Part shown: piece by piece, positions 22,810-33,451 of the stretch
Numbering within the stretch: position 1 is the first letter of the stretch
Layout: each line of letters starts with the position of its first letter
Origin: Escherichia coli
Lineage (GTDB): Bacteria > Pseudomonadota > Gammaproteobacteria > Enterobacterales > Enterobacteriaceae
Assembly (NCBI RefSeq): GCF_024502345.1
Contig: NZ_JALDNN010000001.1
DNA: 64,000 nucleotides
Reading direction: 5' to 3' (one strand)
The notes under the pieces: generated by a model
The model's input: the letters and a program-made list of their open reading frames with translations, nothing else
The model's database searches: none
What the model was told of the DNA's origin: nothing
Position numbers and translations under genes: made by a program

Positions 22810-24159
22810 TTACCAGCTTACCTTCGCCTCAAATCCATCTTGTTCCGCATTCCCAAACTCAACATTCATGCCATGCAATTTGGCGATTCGCTGGACAATC
22901 GATAGCCCAAGTCCACTGCCGGTAGCGGTTTGTCCGGGGGGGCGATAGAAGCGTTCGCCAATTCGCGCCAGAGCCTCTGGCGTCACACCGGGGCCGTTAT
23001 CCCTCACGATGAAATTATCAGCATTCAGCGTGACGTCTATCACGCTGCCCTGTGGACTGTAGCGCACGGCGTTATCCAGCAAATTTCGCACCAACAAACT
23101 TAGCAATAGCGGTTGTCCGGTGCGTTTGATGCCCTGGACATTGAGTGTCAGTCGCACGTCAATTTTCGCCTGCTGCGCTGTGTGGTAAATATCCATCACC
23201 GACGATTGCAGGAGATCTTCAAGCGGGATCTCCGCGACGTCCTGAAGGTTATCCAGTGAGTCCAGCCGCGATAGCATGAGCAGTTGATCAACCAGACGAG
23301 TAGCGCGATCGATCCCGGAATGTAATTGAAGCAGTGCTTTTTTCCGCGCCTGCGGATCATCGTCAGAGAGCTGCGCAACTTCGGTTTGCACTTTCAGCGC
23401 TGTTAACGGGCTACGTAGTTCGTGAGCTGCATCGGAGGTAAAGCGTCGTTCTCGAACCATCATCGCATGTGTGCGGGCGAACAGTTGATTTAGCGACTCA
23501 ACCAACGGACGCACTTCGCTGGGTACGCCAGTCGCGTTTAGTGGTTTTTCCGAGTCAGGGTCACGCATACGCAGCGCCAGCGCCAGTTTGTTCAGCGGCG
23601 CGAGTTCACGACCCAATAGTACCATCATGATGATTAACATAATCGGCAGTGCGACCAGCCACGGGATCAATTGCCCGGCAACAATCGCCAGCGCCATGTC
23701 TTCACGGTATTCCCATTCCTGACCAACAACGATGCGATATTTGCCATCAGGTGAGGTCATCCAGACAAAACGCCATTGATCTTTATCGCCCACCAGTTGC
23801 CCGTCAGCAAAACCTTCCCGTTGATAGCTATAAGGAATATCTTCTCCGTTATCGCCATCGTTAAGGACCATTCTGCCGTCGTGGGTAAAGATGGCAAAGG
23901 TCAGCGCATCGTCATCAACATGACCGTGTTTTAATTTATTTGGCGTCTGTGCCATGCGATCCGCCGCGTTGATTTCGTTGAGATCGAGCGTACTTAACCG
24001 CTTGGCAAACAGCATCAGTTGGGTGTCGAACAATTCATCGACGTTATCCGTTGTTTGTTTCCAGGCGACAAAGCTGGAAAGCAGCCAGGTCACCGAGGCC
24101 AGAATTAAAAAGATTAGTGTCAGCCTGACGCGCAGACTAAGACGTTGGGTAAATTTCAT
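22810..24159 (-). CDS. qseC: Sensor histidine kinase QseC, 449 aa
   Basis: Two TM segments, H-box ([12 protein letters not shown]), HATPase_c motifs; 4-bp overlap with qseB. Confidence 0.93.
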   Translation of the reverse strand: MKFTQRLSLRVRLTLIFLILASVTWLLSSFVAWKQTTDNVDELFDTQLMLFAKRLSTLDLNEINAADRMAQTPNKLKHGHVDDDALTFAIFTHDGRMVLNDGDNGEDIPYSYQREGFADGQLVGDKDQWRFVWMTSPDGKYRIVVGQEWEYREDMALAIVAGQLIPWLVALPIMLIIMMVLLGRELAPLNKLALALRMRDPDSEKPLNATGVPSEVRPLVESLNQLFARTHAMMVRERRFTSDAAHELRSPLTALKVQTEVAQLSDDDPQARKKALLQLHSGIDRATRLVDQLLMLSRLDSLDNLQDVAEIPLEDLLQSSVMDIYHTAQQAKIDVRLTLNVQGIKRTGQPLLLSLLVRNLLDNAVRYSPQGSVIDVTLNADNFIVRDNGPGVTPEALARIGERFYRPPGQTATGSGLGLSIVQRIAKLHGMNVEFGNAEQDGFEAKVSW

Positions 24160-24815
24160 TTCTCACCTAATGTGTAGCCAATACCATGCACGGTACGAAT
24201 AAAATCACTACCGAGTTTGCGTCGCAGATGATGCACATGCACTTCAACGGCATTACTGGTGACCTCTTCGTCCCAGGTATACAGTTTCTCTTCAATCAGT
24301 TTGCGCGGCAGTACCCGACCAGCGTTACGCATCAGTAATTCCAGCAGGGCAAGTTCTTTTGGTTTCAGTGTTAAGGGTTCGCCAGCCAGCGTGGCGATAC
24401 GTTTGCCGGGGTCGAGCATTACGTTACCGTGGCGCAGTTCGTTGCTGGCCTGGCCGTTGGTTCGGCGCATCAGAGCTTCCAGCCTGGCGGCGACTTCTAT
24501 CAACGCAAAAGGTTTACACAGATAATCGTCAGCTCCCAGACGCAGCCCTTCTACACGTTCCGCCAGCGCATCGCGCGCGGTCAGGATCAGTACAGGCTCA
24601 CGCTGACCTTTTTCTCGCCATTCGCGCAAAATATCGCGACCATCCATGCCTGGTAAGGTTAAATCCAGGATCACCGCATCATAAGGTGCGCTATAAAGCG
24701 CCTCTTTTCCCTGACGACCTTGTGTAAACCAGTCGACGCTAAAACCCATTTTACTAAGGCCCGTTTTGATGCCGTCGCCAATCAGCATGTCATCTTCTAT
24801 CAGTAAAATTCGCAT
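24156..24815 (-). CDS. qseB: Response regulator QseB (OmpR family), 219 aa
   Basis: REC domain with DL..LPGMDG motif plus winged-helix C-terminus; recognised. Confidence 0.93.
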   Translation of the reverse strand: MRILLIEDDMLIGDGIKTGLSKMGFSVDWFTQGRQGKEALYSAPYDAVILDLTLPGMDGRDILREWREKGQREPVLILTARDALAERVEGLRLGADDYLCKPFALIEVAARLEALMRRTNGQASNELRHGNVMLDPGKRIATLAGEPLTLKPKELALLELLMRNAGRVLPRKLIEEKLYTWDEEVTSNAVEVHVHHLRRKLGSDFIRTVHGIGYTLGEK

Positions 24816-24966
24816 TTTTTCATCCCTGCGATAACCGTATTTGCTGCCAGTAAACCGTGTTGTAACGCGCTCTGTACAGCACTAAATTTTATTTTTTTCC
24901 CTTAAGAAGTTGTTAAGGACTATCTTGTTAAATGCTCGGAAACAGACATTAAAGGGAGTAATAAAC

Positions 24967-25359
24967 ATGAAAAAATTCGCAGCAGTAATCGCAGTAATGG
25001 CCCTGTGCAGCGCACCGGTGATGGCAGCAGAGCAGGGCGGTTTTTCTGGCCCATCGGCAACGCAAAGTCAGGCCGGAGGATTCCAGGGGCCGAACGGCAG
25101 CGTAACGACTGTAGAAAGCGCAAAATCCCTGCGTGACGACACCTGGGTAACCCTGCGCGGCAATATCGTTGAACGCATCTCTGACGATCTCTACGTGTTC
25201 AAAGATGCCAGCGGTACTATCAATGTTGATATCGATCACAAACGCTGGAACGGCGTGACGGTGACGCCGAAAGATACGGTTGAGATTCAGGGTGAAGTCG
25301 ATAAAGACTGGAATTCTGTTGAAATTGACGTCAAACAGATCCGCAAAGTAAATCCGTAA
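24967..25359 (+). CDS. ygiW: BOF/YgiW-family periplasmic OB-fold stress protein, 130 aa
   Basis: Track ORF trimmed to MKKFAAVIAVMALCSAPVMA signal peptide; divergent from qseBC. Confidence 0.88.
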   Translation: MKKFAAVIAVMALCSAPVMAAEQGGFSGPSATQSQAGGFQGPNGSVTTVESAKSLRDDTWVTLRGNIVERISDDLYVFKDASGTINVDIDHKRWNGVTVTPKDTVEIQGEVDKDWNSVEIDVKQIRKVNP

Positions 25360-25411
25360 TTGTTACCGCTCCCGGGACGCGTTCCCGGGAATAATTTCGC
25401 AGGGAGGCAAA

Positions 25412-25894
25412 ATGACAAACCTGACACTGGATGTAAACATTATCGATTTCCCATCAATCCCTGTGGCGATGTTGCCGCACCGCTGTAGCCCTGAGTTGCT
25501 CAACTACAGTGTGGCGAAATTTATCATGTGGCGTAAAGAGACGGGGCTTTCTCCTGTTAACCAAAGCCAGACTTTTGGCGTCGCCTGGGACGACCCTGCC
25601 ACCACCGCACCGGAAGCGTTTCGCTTTGATATCTGCGGCAGCGTTAGCGAACCGATTCCCGATAATCGTTATGGTGTGAGCAATGGTGAACTTACCGGTG
25701 GACGTTATGCCGTGGCCCGCCACGTTGGCGAGCTGGACGATATTTCACACACGATATGGGGCATTATTCGCCACTGGCTGCCTGCAAGCGGCGAGAAAAT
25801 GCGTAAAGCACCGATTCTGTTTCACTACACCAATCTTGCCGAAGGGGTGACAGAGCAGCGACTGGAAACGGATGTTTATGTGCCGTTGGCGTGA
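25412..25894 (+). CDS. ygiV: GyrI-like/AraC-effector-domain transcriptional regulator, 160 aa
   Basis: 160-aa ORF; recognised. Confidence 0.88.
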   Translation: MTNLTLDVNIIDFPSIPVAMLPHRCSPELLNYSVAKFIMWRKETGLSPVNQSQTFGVAWDDPATTAPEAFRFDICGSVSEPIPDNRYGVSNGELTGGRYAVARHVGELDDISHTIWGIIRHWLPASGEKMRKAPILFHYTNLAEGVTEQRLETDVYVPLA

Positions 25895-26439
25895 TGGGGA
25901 ATCTTTACCGGAGTGTGAGCCAAATCACTCGCGATAAGTTTGAGCGAACAATGCCACAGGCGTATTGTTGTTGGGCTTATAATTTCTCCGGTAAGGAATA
26001 CCATGTATACGCGAAATTTATTATCCGGTGCGCCGTAAGCCGTCTCGGGGGTATCCATGAGCAAGCCGCACTTATGGCAGGAGGCGCGGGGCACTGGTGG
26101 AGACACAGCTAAACTGGGCTGAACCGTATACTTACAGTCGACTACTTTGATGCTTTAGGCTTCCCTGGACTCGCATAACCTCAACTTCTCGAATCGCCCG
26201 GAGCGGACCCCCATGCCGAGTGGTGTGGCATGGGCGCAACCTTGTGCTGCCCTCTATGCCGATCAAGTCTACAGCAAAGAGTTGTATATCAAGGCACATT
26301 GATGCCTTTATCGCCGTCGGAGCACGTCCGGCGGCGCTATTCACGCTGATCTCCTGTGACTCGACGCGGCAGATAATGTAGTATCTCCGGCAATATTGCC
26401 CCTTTGAAGGCTGGCGAATAAGTTGAGGAATCAGAATTA

Positions 26440-28698
26440 ATGAGCGATATGGCAGAGCGCCTTGCGCTACATGAATTTACGGAAAACGCCTACTTAAACT
26501 ACTCCATGTACGTGATCATGGACCGTGCGTTGCCGTTTATTGGCGATGGTCTTAAACCTGTTCAGCGCCGCATTGTGTATGCGATGTCTGAACTGGGCCT
26601 GAATGCCAGCGCCAAATTTAAAAAATCGGCCCGTACCGTCGGTGACGTACTGGGTAAATACCATCCGCACGGCGATAGCGCCTGTTATGAAGCGATGGTC
26701 CTGATGGCGCAGCCGTTCTCTTACCGTTATCCGCTGGTTGATGGTCAGGGGAACTGGGGCGCGCCGGACGATCCGAAATCGTTCGCGGCAATGCGTTACA
26801 CCGAATCCCGGTTGTCGAAATATTCCGAGCTGCTATTGAGCGAGCTGGGGCAGGGGACGGCTGACTGGGTGCCAAACTTCGACGGCACTTTGCAGGAGCC
26901 GAAAATGCTACCCGCCCGTCTGCCAAACATTTTGCTTAACGGCACCACCGGTATTGCCGTCGGCATGGCGACCGATATTCCACCGCATAACCTGCGTGAA
27001 GTGGCTCAGGCGGCAATCGCATTAATCGACCAGCCGAAAACCACGCTCGATCAGCTGCTGGATATCGTGCAGGGGCCGGATTATCCGACTGAAGCGGAAA
27101 TTATCACTTCGCGCGCCGAGATCCGTAAAATCTACGAGAACGGACGTGGTTCAGTGCGTATGCGCGCGGTGTGGAAGAAAGAAGATGGCGCGGTGGTTAT
27201 CAGCGCATTGCCGCATCAGGTTTCAGGTGCGCGCGTACTGGAGCAAATTGCTGCGCAAATGCGCAACAAAAAGCTGCCGATGGTTGACGATCTGCGCGAT
27301 GAATCTGACCACGAGAACCCGACCCGTCTGGTGATTGTGCCGCGTTCCAACCGCGTGGATATGGATCAGGTGATGAACCACCTCTTCGCTACCACCGATC
27401 TGGAAAAGAGCTATCGCATTAACCTCAATATGATCGGTCTGGATGGTCGTCCGGCGGTGAAAAACCTGCTGGAAATCCTCTCCGAATGGCTGGTGTTCCG
27501 TCGCGATACCGTGCGCCGCCGACTGAACTATCGTCTGGAGAAAGTCCTCAAGCGCCTGCATATCCTGGAAGGTTTGCTGGTGGCGTTTCTCAACATCGAC
27601 GAAGTGATTGAGATCATTCGTAACGAAGATGAACCGAAACCGGCGCTGATGTCGCGGTTTGGCCTTACGGAAACCCAGGCGGAAGCGATCCTCGAACTGA
27701 AACTGCGTCATCTTGCCAAACTGGAAGATATGAAGATTCGCGGTGAGCAGAGTGAGCTGGAAAAAGAGCGCGACCAGTTGCAGGGCATTTTGGCTTCCGA
27801 GCGTAAAATGAATAACCTGCTGAAGAAAGAACTGCAGGCAGACGCGCAAGCCTACGGTGACGATCGTCGTTCGCCGTTGCAGGAACGCGAAGAAGCGAAA
27901 GCGATGAGCGAGCACGACATGCTGCCGTCTGAACCTGTCACCATTGTGCTGTCGCAGATGGGCTGGGTACGCAGCGCTAAAGGCCATGATATCGACGCGC
28001 CGGGCCTGAATTATAAAGCGGGTGATAGCTTCAAAGCGGCGGTGAAAGGTAAGAGCAACCAACCGGTAGTGTTTGTTGATTCCACCGGTCGTAGCTATGC
28101 CATCGACCCGATTACGCTGCCGTCGGCGCGTGGTCAGGGCGAACCACTCACCGGCAAATTAACGTTGCCGCCTGGGGCGACCGTTGACCATATGCTGATG
28201 GAAAGCGACGATCAGAAACTGCTGATGGCTTCCGATGCGGGTTACGGTTTCGTCTGCACCTTTAACGATCTGGTGGCGCGTAACCGTGCAGGTAAGGCTT
28301 TGATCACCTTACCGGAAAATGCCCATGTTATGCCGCCGGTGGTGATTGAAGATGCTTCCGATATGCTGCTGGCAATCACTCAGGCAGGCCGTATGTTGAT
28401 GTTCCCGGTAAGTGATCTGCCGCAGCTGTCGAAGGGCAAAGGCAACAAGATTATCAACATTCCATCGGCAGAAGCCGCGCGTGGAGAAGATGGTCTGGCG
28501 CAATTGTACGTTCTGCCGCCGCAAAGCACGCTGACCATTCATGTTGGGAAACGCAAAATTAAACTGCGCCCGGAAGAGTTACAGAAAGTCACTGGCGAAC
28601 GTGGACGCCGCGGTACGTTGATGCGCGGTTTGCAGCGTATCGATCGTGTTGAGATCGACTCTCCTCGCCGTGCCAGCAGCGGTGATAGCGAAGAGTAA
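26440..28698 (+). CDS. parC: DNA topoisomerase IV subunit A, 752 aa
   Basis: 752-aa ORF; catalytic-Tyr region and GyrA-like sequence; recognised. Confidence 0.95.
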
Positions 28699-28704
28699 TA
28701 TGCC

Positions 28705-28772
28705 GGGGAGGGCCTGTTTCCTCCCGCTTGCAAGGAACGCCGGATGAAACGTTAAGTCGTCATCCGGCAGCG
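28705..28772 (+). repeat. REP-like hairpins / parC terminator region
   Basis: GGGAGGG...CCTCCC and GCCGGATGA...TCATCCGGC inverted repeats. Confidence 0.5.
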
Positions 28773-28930
28773 TATTCAACCCCCGGAAACGATAAAAATT
28801 CCCTTGAAACCGTTGTTTATTCATGCGTTGCGATTAACAATACGCTTTTCCAGAGAGCGGCTTTTAACAATGCCCTAACCTGATTTCAGGTGACGTACAA
28901 TGCCAGTCTCTCAGACCTTCAGAGGGTGTT

Positions 28931-29668
28931 ATGCTATATATCTTTCGTCTTATTATTACCGTGATTTACAGCATCTTAGTCTGTGTATTCGGCTCCATTT
29001 ACTGCCTTTTCAGCCCGCGTAACCCGAAACATGTGGCCACCTTTGGGCATATGTTTGGCCGTCTTGCGCCGCTGTTCGGCCTGAAAGTTGAGTGCCGCAA
29101 ACCTGCAGATGCTGAAAGCTACGGCAATGCTATCTATATCGCTAACCACCAGAACAACTATGACATGGTGACAGCATCGAACATTGTGCAACCGCCGACG
29201 GTGACGGTAGGTAAAAAGAGCTTGCTGTGGATCCCCTTCTTCGGGCAGTTGTACTGGTTAACCGGCAACTTATTGATCGACAGAAACAATCGCACTAAAG
29301 CTCACGGCACCATTGCGGAAGTCGTGAATCATTTCAAAAAACGCCGTATTTCCATCTGGATGTTCCCGGAAGGAACCCGCAGCCGTGGTCGCGGCCTGCT
29401 ACCGTTCAAGACTGGAGCATTTCACGCGGCAATTGCGGCGGGCGTCCCGATTATTCCCGTGTGCGTCTCTACAACTTCGAATAAGATTAATCTTAATCGA
29501 CTGCACAACGGTCTGGTGATTGTCGAAATGCTGCCGCCAATTGACGTCAGTCAGTATGGCAAAGATCAGGTTCGTGAGCTGGCTGCCCATTGTCGTTCGA
29601 TAATGGAACAAAAAATCGCCGAGCTCGATAAAGAAGTCGCAGAACGCGAAGCCGCCGGAAAAGTTTAA
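28931..29668 (+). CDS. plsC: 1-acyl-sn-glycerol-3-phosphate acyltransferase, 245 aa
   Basis: HX4D motif (NHQNNYD), PEGTR motif; recognised. Confidence 0.93.
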   Translation: MLYIFRLIITVIYSILVCVFGSIYCLFSPRNPKHVATFGHMFGRLAPLFGLKVECRKPADAESYGNAIYIANHQNNYDMVTASNIVQPPTVTVGKKSLLWIPFFGQLYWLTGNLLIDRNNRTKAHGTIAEVVNHFKKRRISIWMFPEGTRSRGRGLLPFKTGAFHAAIAAGVPIIPVCVSTTSNKINLNRLHNGLVIVEMLPPIDVSQYGKDQVRELAAHCRSIMEQKIAELDKEVAEREAAGKV

Positions 29669-29742
29669 GTCGGCAATCTGTATTTTTGCGGGGAACACTT
29701 TCCTGCACGGTATTACTTTAGCCAGTTTTACATGGAGCAAAT

Positions 29743-31155
29743 ATGTCACTCAGTCGGCGTCAGTTCATTCAGGCATCGGGGATTGCACTTTGTGCAGGCG
29801 CTGTTCCCCTGAAGGCCAGCGCAGCCGGGCAACAGCAACCGCTACCCGTTCCGCCGCTACTTGAATCTCGCCGTGGGCAACCGCTGTTTATGACTGTACA
29901 ACGTGCGCACTGGTCATTTACGCCAGGGACACGCGCGTCGGTCTGGGGAATCAATGGTCGTTACCTGGGGCCGACTATCCGCGTCTGGAAGGGCGACGAT
30001 GTTAAGCTTATTTACAGCAACCGCCTGACAGAAAATGTCTCAATGACGGTGGCCGGGCTACAGGTACCAGGCCCGCTGATGGGCGGTCCGGCACGGATGA
30101 TGTCGCCAAACGCTGACTGGGCACCCGTACTGCCTATTCGCCAGAACGCAGCTACTCTGTGGTATCACGCCAATACTCCCAACCGCACGGCTCAGCAGGT
30201 CTATAACGGCCTTGCCGGAATGTGGCTGGTGGAAGATGAAGTCAGCAAGTCGCTGCCTATCCCCAACCATTATGGTGTGGATGATTTTCCGGTCATTATC
30301 CAGGATAAACGGCTGGATAACTTTGGTACGCCAGAATACAACGAACCGGGAAGCGGCGGCTTTGTTGGTGATACGCTGCTGGTTAACGGTGTACAAAGCC
30401 CGTACGTTGAAGTCTCGCGTGGCTGGGTGCGCTTGCGACTGCTGAACGCGTCGAACTCTCGTCGCTATCAACTACAGATGAGCGATGGTCGCCCGTTACA
30501 TGTGATTTCTGGCGATCAGGGATTCCTGCCTGCTCCTGTATCGGTGAAGCAACTTTCGCTGGCACCGGGCGAGCGCCGCGAGATTCTGGTGGATATGAGC
30601 AACGGCGATGAAGTGTCGATCACCTGTGGCGAAGCGGCGAGCATTGTTGATCGTATTCGCGGCTTCTTTGAGCCATCCAGTATTCTGGTTTCTACCCTGG
30701 TGCTAACGCTGCGCCCAACCGGCCTTCTGCCGCTGGTCACAGACAGTCTTCCGATGCGCTTGCTGCCAACTGAAATCATGGCTGGTTCGCCAATTCGCAG
30801 TCGCGATATCAGTCTGGGTGATGACCCGGGTATTAATGGACAGCTGTGGGACGTCAACCGTATTGATGTCACCGCTCAGCAAGGAACGTGGGAACGCTGG
30901 ACGGTACGCGCGGACGAGCCGCAAGCGTTCCATATTGAAGGCGTAATGTTCCAGATCCGTAACGTGAATGGCGCGATGCCGTTCCCGGAAGACAGAGGCT
31001 GGAAAGATACCGTTTGGGTTGACGGACAAGTGGAGCTGCTTGTTTATTTCGGTCAGCCTTCCTGGGCGCACTTCCCGTTCTACTTCAACAGTCAGACGCT
31101 GGAAATGGCGGACCGTGGCTCGATTGGGCAACTGTTGGTCAATCCGGTACCGTAA
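29743..31155 (+). CDS. ftsP: Cell division protein FtsP (SufI), multicopper-oxidase fold, 470 aa
   Basis: Tat signal (SRRQFIQASG); recognised. Confidence 0.93.
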   Translation: MSLSRRQFIQASGIALCAGAVPLKASAAGQQQPLPVPPLLESRRGQPLFMTVQRAHWSFTPGTRASVWGINGRYLGPTIRVWKGDDVKLIYSNRLTENVSMTVAGLQVPGPLMGGPARMMSPNADWAPVLPIRQNAATLWYHANTPNRTAQQVYNGLAGMWLVEDEVSKSLPIPNHYGVDDFPVIIQDKRLDNFGTPEYNEPGSGGFVGDTLLVNGVQSPYVEVSRGWVRLRLLNASNSRRYQLQMSDGRPLHVISGDQGFLPAPVSVKQLSLAPGERREILVDMSNGDEVSITCGEAASIVDRIRGFFEPSSILVSTLVLTLRPTGLLPLVTDSLPMRLLPTEIMAGSPIRSRDISLGDDPGINGQLWDVNRIDVTAQQGTWERWTVRADEPQAFHIEGVMFQIRNVNGAMPFPEDRGWKDTVWVDGQVELLVYFGQPSWAHFPFYFNSQTLEMADRGSIGQLLVNPVP

Positions 31156-31205
31156 TGGACCAATTCATCGCCCCACAAAGTGGTGGGGCGATACAAGGAT
31201 GAATC

Positions 31206-32642
31206 ATGGATGGCATGGGATGGATGATTATTTTGGTACTTCCCTTTCTTTGGATGGGGTATGGACTGGCGTTGTTAATCATAATGGGGTGCGCTTTTGA
31301 ATCTAAGGGGATTCGTCGCGTTCTGCTATGGGGTGTTGCACCCCAGTTTATTATTCTTTGTATTACGACCTTATTGCTTTACTGGATTAACTCTCGGTTA
31401 ATTTATGTTTTTGTCTTTTTTCAGCCAGTTTTATGCATCACCACGGCAATTTTTTTGTTTGCTGGTAAAAAAACACAATATTCCAGATTGCTGTTTACTC
31501 TGTCTCATGTGATTTTTCTCGCTGGAGTTTTATATCAGGGGTATAGGGAAAATCTGCAATACATAATTAATAATGACTGGAAGGAATATAAAATAACGCG
31601 TTTATTTGAGCAAGTGCAGGACAATGGGGCGCATGCGCTGAAAAACGATGTAACTTGTTCAGAATTAATGCAACTACTTACACTGGCAGCGGAACGTGAT
31701 GACGTCAAAGAAGAGACGTTACGTACTCTTATTGCAAAGAGAGTATCGCCATTTCTGACAATGTCAGATAATTGTACGGGTGAGAATTCAGTAGAGATTT
31801 ATTCTGTATATACTACGCCTTTTATGGCGGCTATTCAAAATCATAATATACATTCTGTCCGTTTTTTTAGTCAATTGCTTATGGGAAACTCACCAAAAGC
31901 AAAAAATAATCGTGACATTGTGCGCCGGGCAAACCCTTTGATCGAAGTGTATAAATATAGTCATGGTTCAAAAAAACAACGTAAATCAGGGTTAGAAATA
32001 AGTAAGCAATTTATGGCTATTATGCCAGAACTATTAACAGATGCCGTCTGGCGTGCCGTGCTCAATGTATATGATGCCGATGCAGCACGATGGTTCTGGC
32101 GTAAGCAACCACCAGAAAATCGGTTGTATCGCTTAAAGGCTATGGCATTAATACCACAAACGGATGCGCTGTTGGCGGATATTCGACAAACTCCAGAGGT
32201 ACTGAATATCTCGTCTGAGAGTGATCCGAATGAAGAGGAGTTTCTCCATTTCTTAATTAATGGGGGCGATATCACTGTAATACATGCACTGGTTGAAAAA
32301 GGAATAGTTAACTGGCAGCACCTTATGAACATTGAGGGGTTTGATAAGGACCCCCTAATTTGGGCTATTTCAAAGCTGGGAGAAACTGACAATGACCGGG
32401 AGGTTTTGGCATTAATTATTCATGATATTAATGCGCAAAACGCACTGCCGGAGGATCGCATTGCCAAATATTTAACGCGGACGGGATCAATGGGCGATAT
32501 TTTTTTAAAAGCGGGCTTACATTGTGATAAGTTATATTCGGCAATTGAGTCCGACAAAAAGCGAAATAATGGTATGTATAGTCAAAACGCCAGGGAAGAA
32601 GTGGATCGCGTATGTACTCCGGTGATGCTGCCAACTTACTGA
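31206..32642 (+). CDS. Hypothetical membrane-anchored protein, paralog A (~474 aa natively): 4 predicted N-terminal TM helices + C-terminal domain with ankyrin-like repeat motifs; last codons supplied by IS1
   Basis: ATG with SD AAGGA 6 nt upstream; AT-rich; hydrophobic segments at ~5-29, 39-60, 65-87, 94-111; motifs such as TTPFMAAIQNHNIHSVRFFSQLL resemble ankyrin consensus; not recognised as any K-12 gene. Confidence 0.7.
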   Translation: MDGMGWMIILVLPFLWMGYGLALLIIMGCAFESKGIRRVLLWGVAPQFIILCITTLLLYWINSRLIYVFVFFQPVLCITTAIFLFAGKKTQYSRLLFTLSHVIFLAGVLYQGYRENLQYIINNDWKEYKITRLFEQVQDNGAHALKNDVTCSELMQLLTLAAERDDVKEETLRTLIAKRVSPFLTMSDNCTGENSVEIYSVYTTPFMAAIQNHNIHSVRFFSQLLMGNSPKAKNNRDIVRRANPLIEVYKYSHGSKKQRKSGLEISKQFMAIMPELLTDAVWRAVLNVYDADAARWFWRKQPPENRLYRLKAMALIPQTDALLADIRQTPEVLNISSESDPNEEEFLHFLINGGDITVIHALVEKGIVNWQHLMNIEGFDKDPLIWAISKLGETDNDREVLALIIHDINAQNALPEDRIAKYLTRTGSMGDIFLKAGLHCDKLYSAIESDKKRNNGMYSQNAREEVDRVCTPVMLPTY

Positions 32643-32675
32643 TTTAGTGTATGATGGTGTTTTTGAGGTGCTCCA

Positions 32676-32951
32676 GTGGCTTCTGTTTCTATCAGCTGTC
32701 CCTCCTGTTCAGCTACTGACGGGGTGGTGCGTAACGGCAAAAGCACCGCCGGACATCAGCGCTATCTCTGCTCTCACTGCCGTAAAACATGGCAACTGCA
32801 GTTCACTTACACCGCTTCTCAACCCGGTACGCACCAGAAAATCATTGATATGGCCATGAATGGCGTTGGATGCCGGGCAACCGCCCGCATTATGGGCGTT
32901 GGCCTCAACACGATTTTCCGCCATTTAAAAAACTCAGGCCGCAGTCGGTAA
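32676..32951 (+). CDS. insA: IS1 InsA, 91 aa
   Basis: Recognised sequence [43 protein letters not shown]... Confidence 0.95.
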   Translation: MASVSISCPSCSATDGVVRNGKSTAGHQRYLCSHCRKTWQLQFTYTASQPGTHQKIIDMAMNGVGCRATARIMGVGLNTIFRHLKNSGRSR

Positions 32952-33373
32952 CCTCGCGCATACAGCCGGGCAGTGACGTCATCGTCTGCGCGGAAATGGA
33001 CGAACAGTGGGGATACGTCGGGGCTAAATCGCGCCAGCGCTGGCTGTTTTACGCGTATGACAGGCTCCGGAAGACGGTTGTTGCGCACGTATTCGGTGAA
33101 CGCACTATGGCGACGCTGGGGCGTCTTATGAGCCTGCTGTCACCCTTTGACGTGGTGATATGGATGACGGATGGCTGGCCGCTGTATGAATCCCGCCTGA
33201 AGGGAAAGCTGCACGTAATCAGCAAGCGATATACGCAGCGAATTGAGCGGCATAACCTGAATCTGAGGCAGCACCTGGCACGGCTGGGACGGAAGTCGCT
33301 GTCGTTCTCAAAATCGGTGGAGCTGCATGACAAAGTCATCGGGCATTATCTGAACATAAAACACTATCAATAA
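32870..33373 (+). CDS. insB: IS1 InsB' frame (InsAB' transposase made by -1 frameshift from insA)
   Basis: Overlapping -1 frame ORF inside IS1; recognised. Confidence 0.9.
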   Translation: MPGNRPHYGRWPQHDFPPFKKLRPQSVTSRIQPGSDVIVCAEMDEQWGYVGAKSRQRWLFYAYDRLRKTVVAHVFGERTMATLGRLMSLLSPFDVVIWMTDGWPLYESRLKGKLHVISKRYTQRIERHNLNLRQHLARLGRKSLSFSKSVELHDKVIGHYLNIKHYQ

Positions 33374-33451
33374 GTTGGAGTCATTACCTGTACTCCCGCA
33401 AAATAGGTGCAGTTTGGCGCGGTTAAGGAATAAAAAATAAAGGACTAAGCC

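Larger units (their letters stand above)
32621..33388 (+). mobile_element. IS1 insertion sequence, complete 768-bp copy with 8-bp target-site duplication TGTACTCC
   Basis: Terminal inverted repeats GGTGATGCTGCCAACTTACTGAT / ...AAGTTGGAGTCATTACC; flanking direct repeat at 32613-32620 and 33389-33396. Confidence 0.95.

Noticed and set aside
25365-25405. CCCGGGACGCGTTCCCGGG palindromic sequence after ygiW
   Set aside because: Could be a weak terminator, but the stem is built from self-complementary CCCGGG blocks with no clear U-tract; too ambiguous to annotate.
26180-26205. tRNA-like T-arm motif (TTCTCGAATCGCCCGG)
   Set aside because: Does not match the GGTTCGAATCC consensus and no acceptor stem or anticodon arm can be assembled around it.
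25891-26344. 73-aa (+) and 70-aa (-) ORFs in the ygiV-parC spacer
   Set aside because: No RBS, no similarity to MqsR/MqsA or other known small proteins; treated as non-coding spacer, though the spacer itself is reported as a finding.
27223-28062. 279-aa minus-strand ORF inside parC
   Set aside because: Antisense to a well-recognised essential gene; no RBS; shadow ORF.
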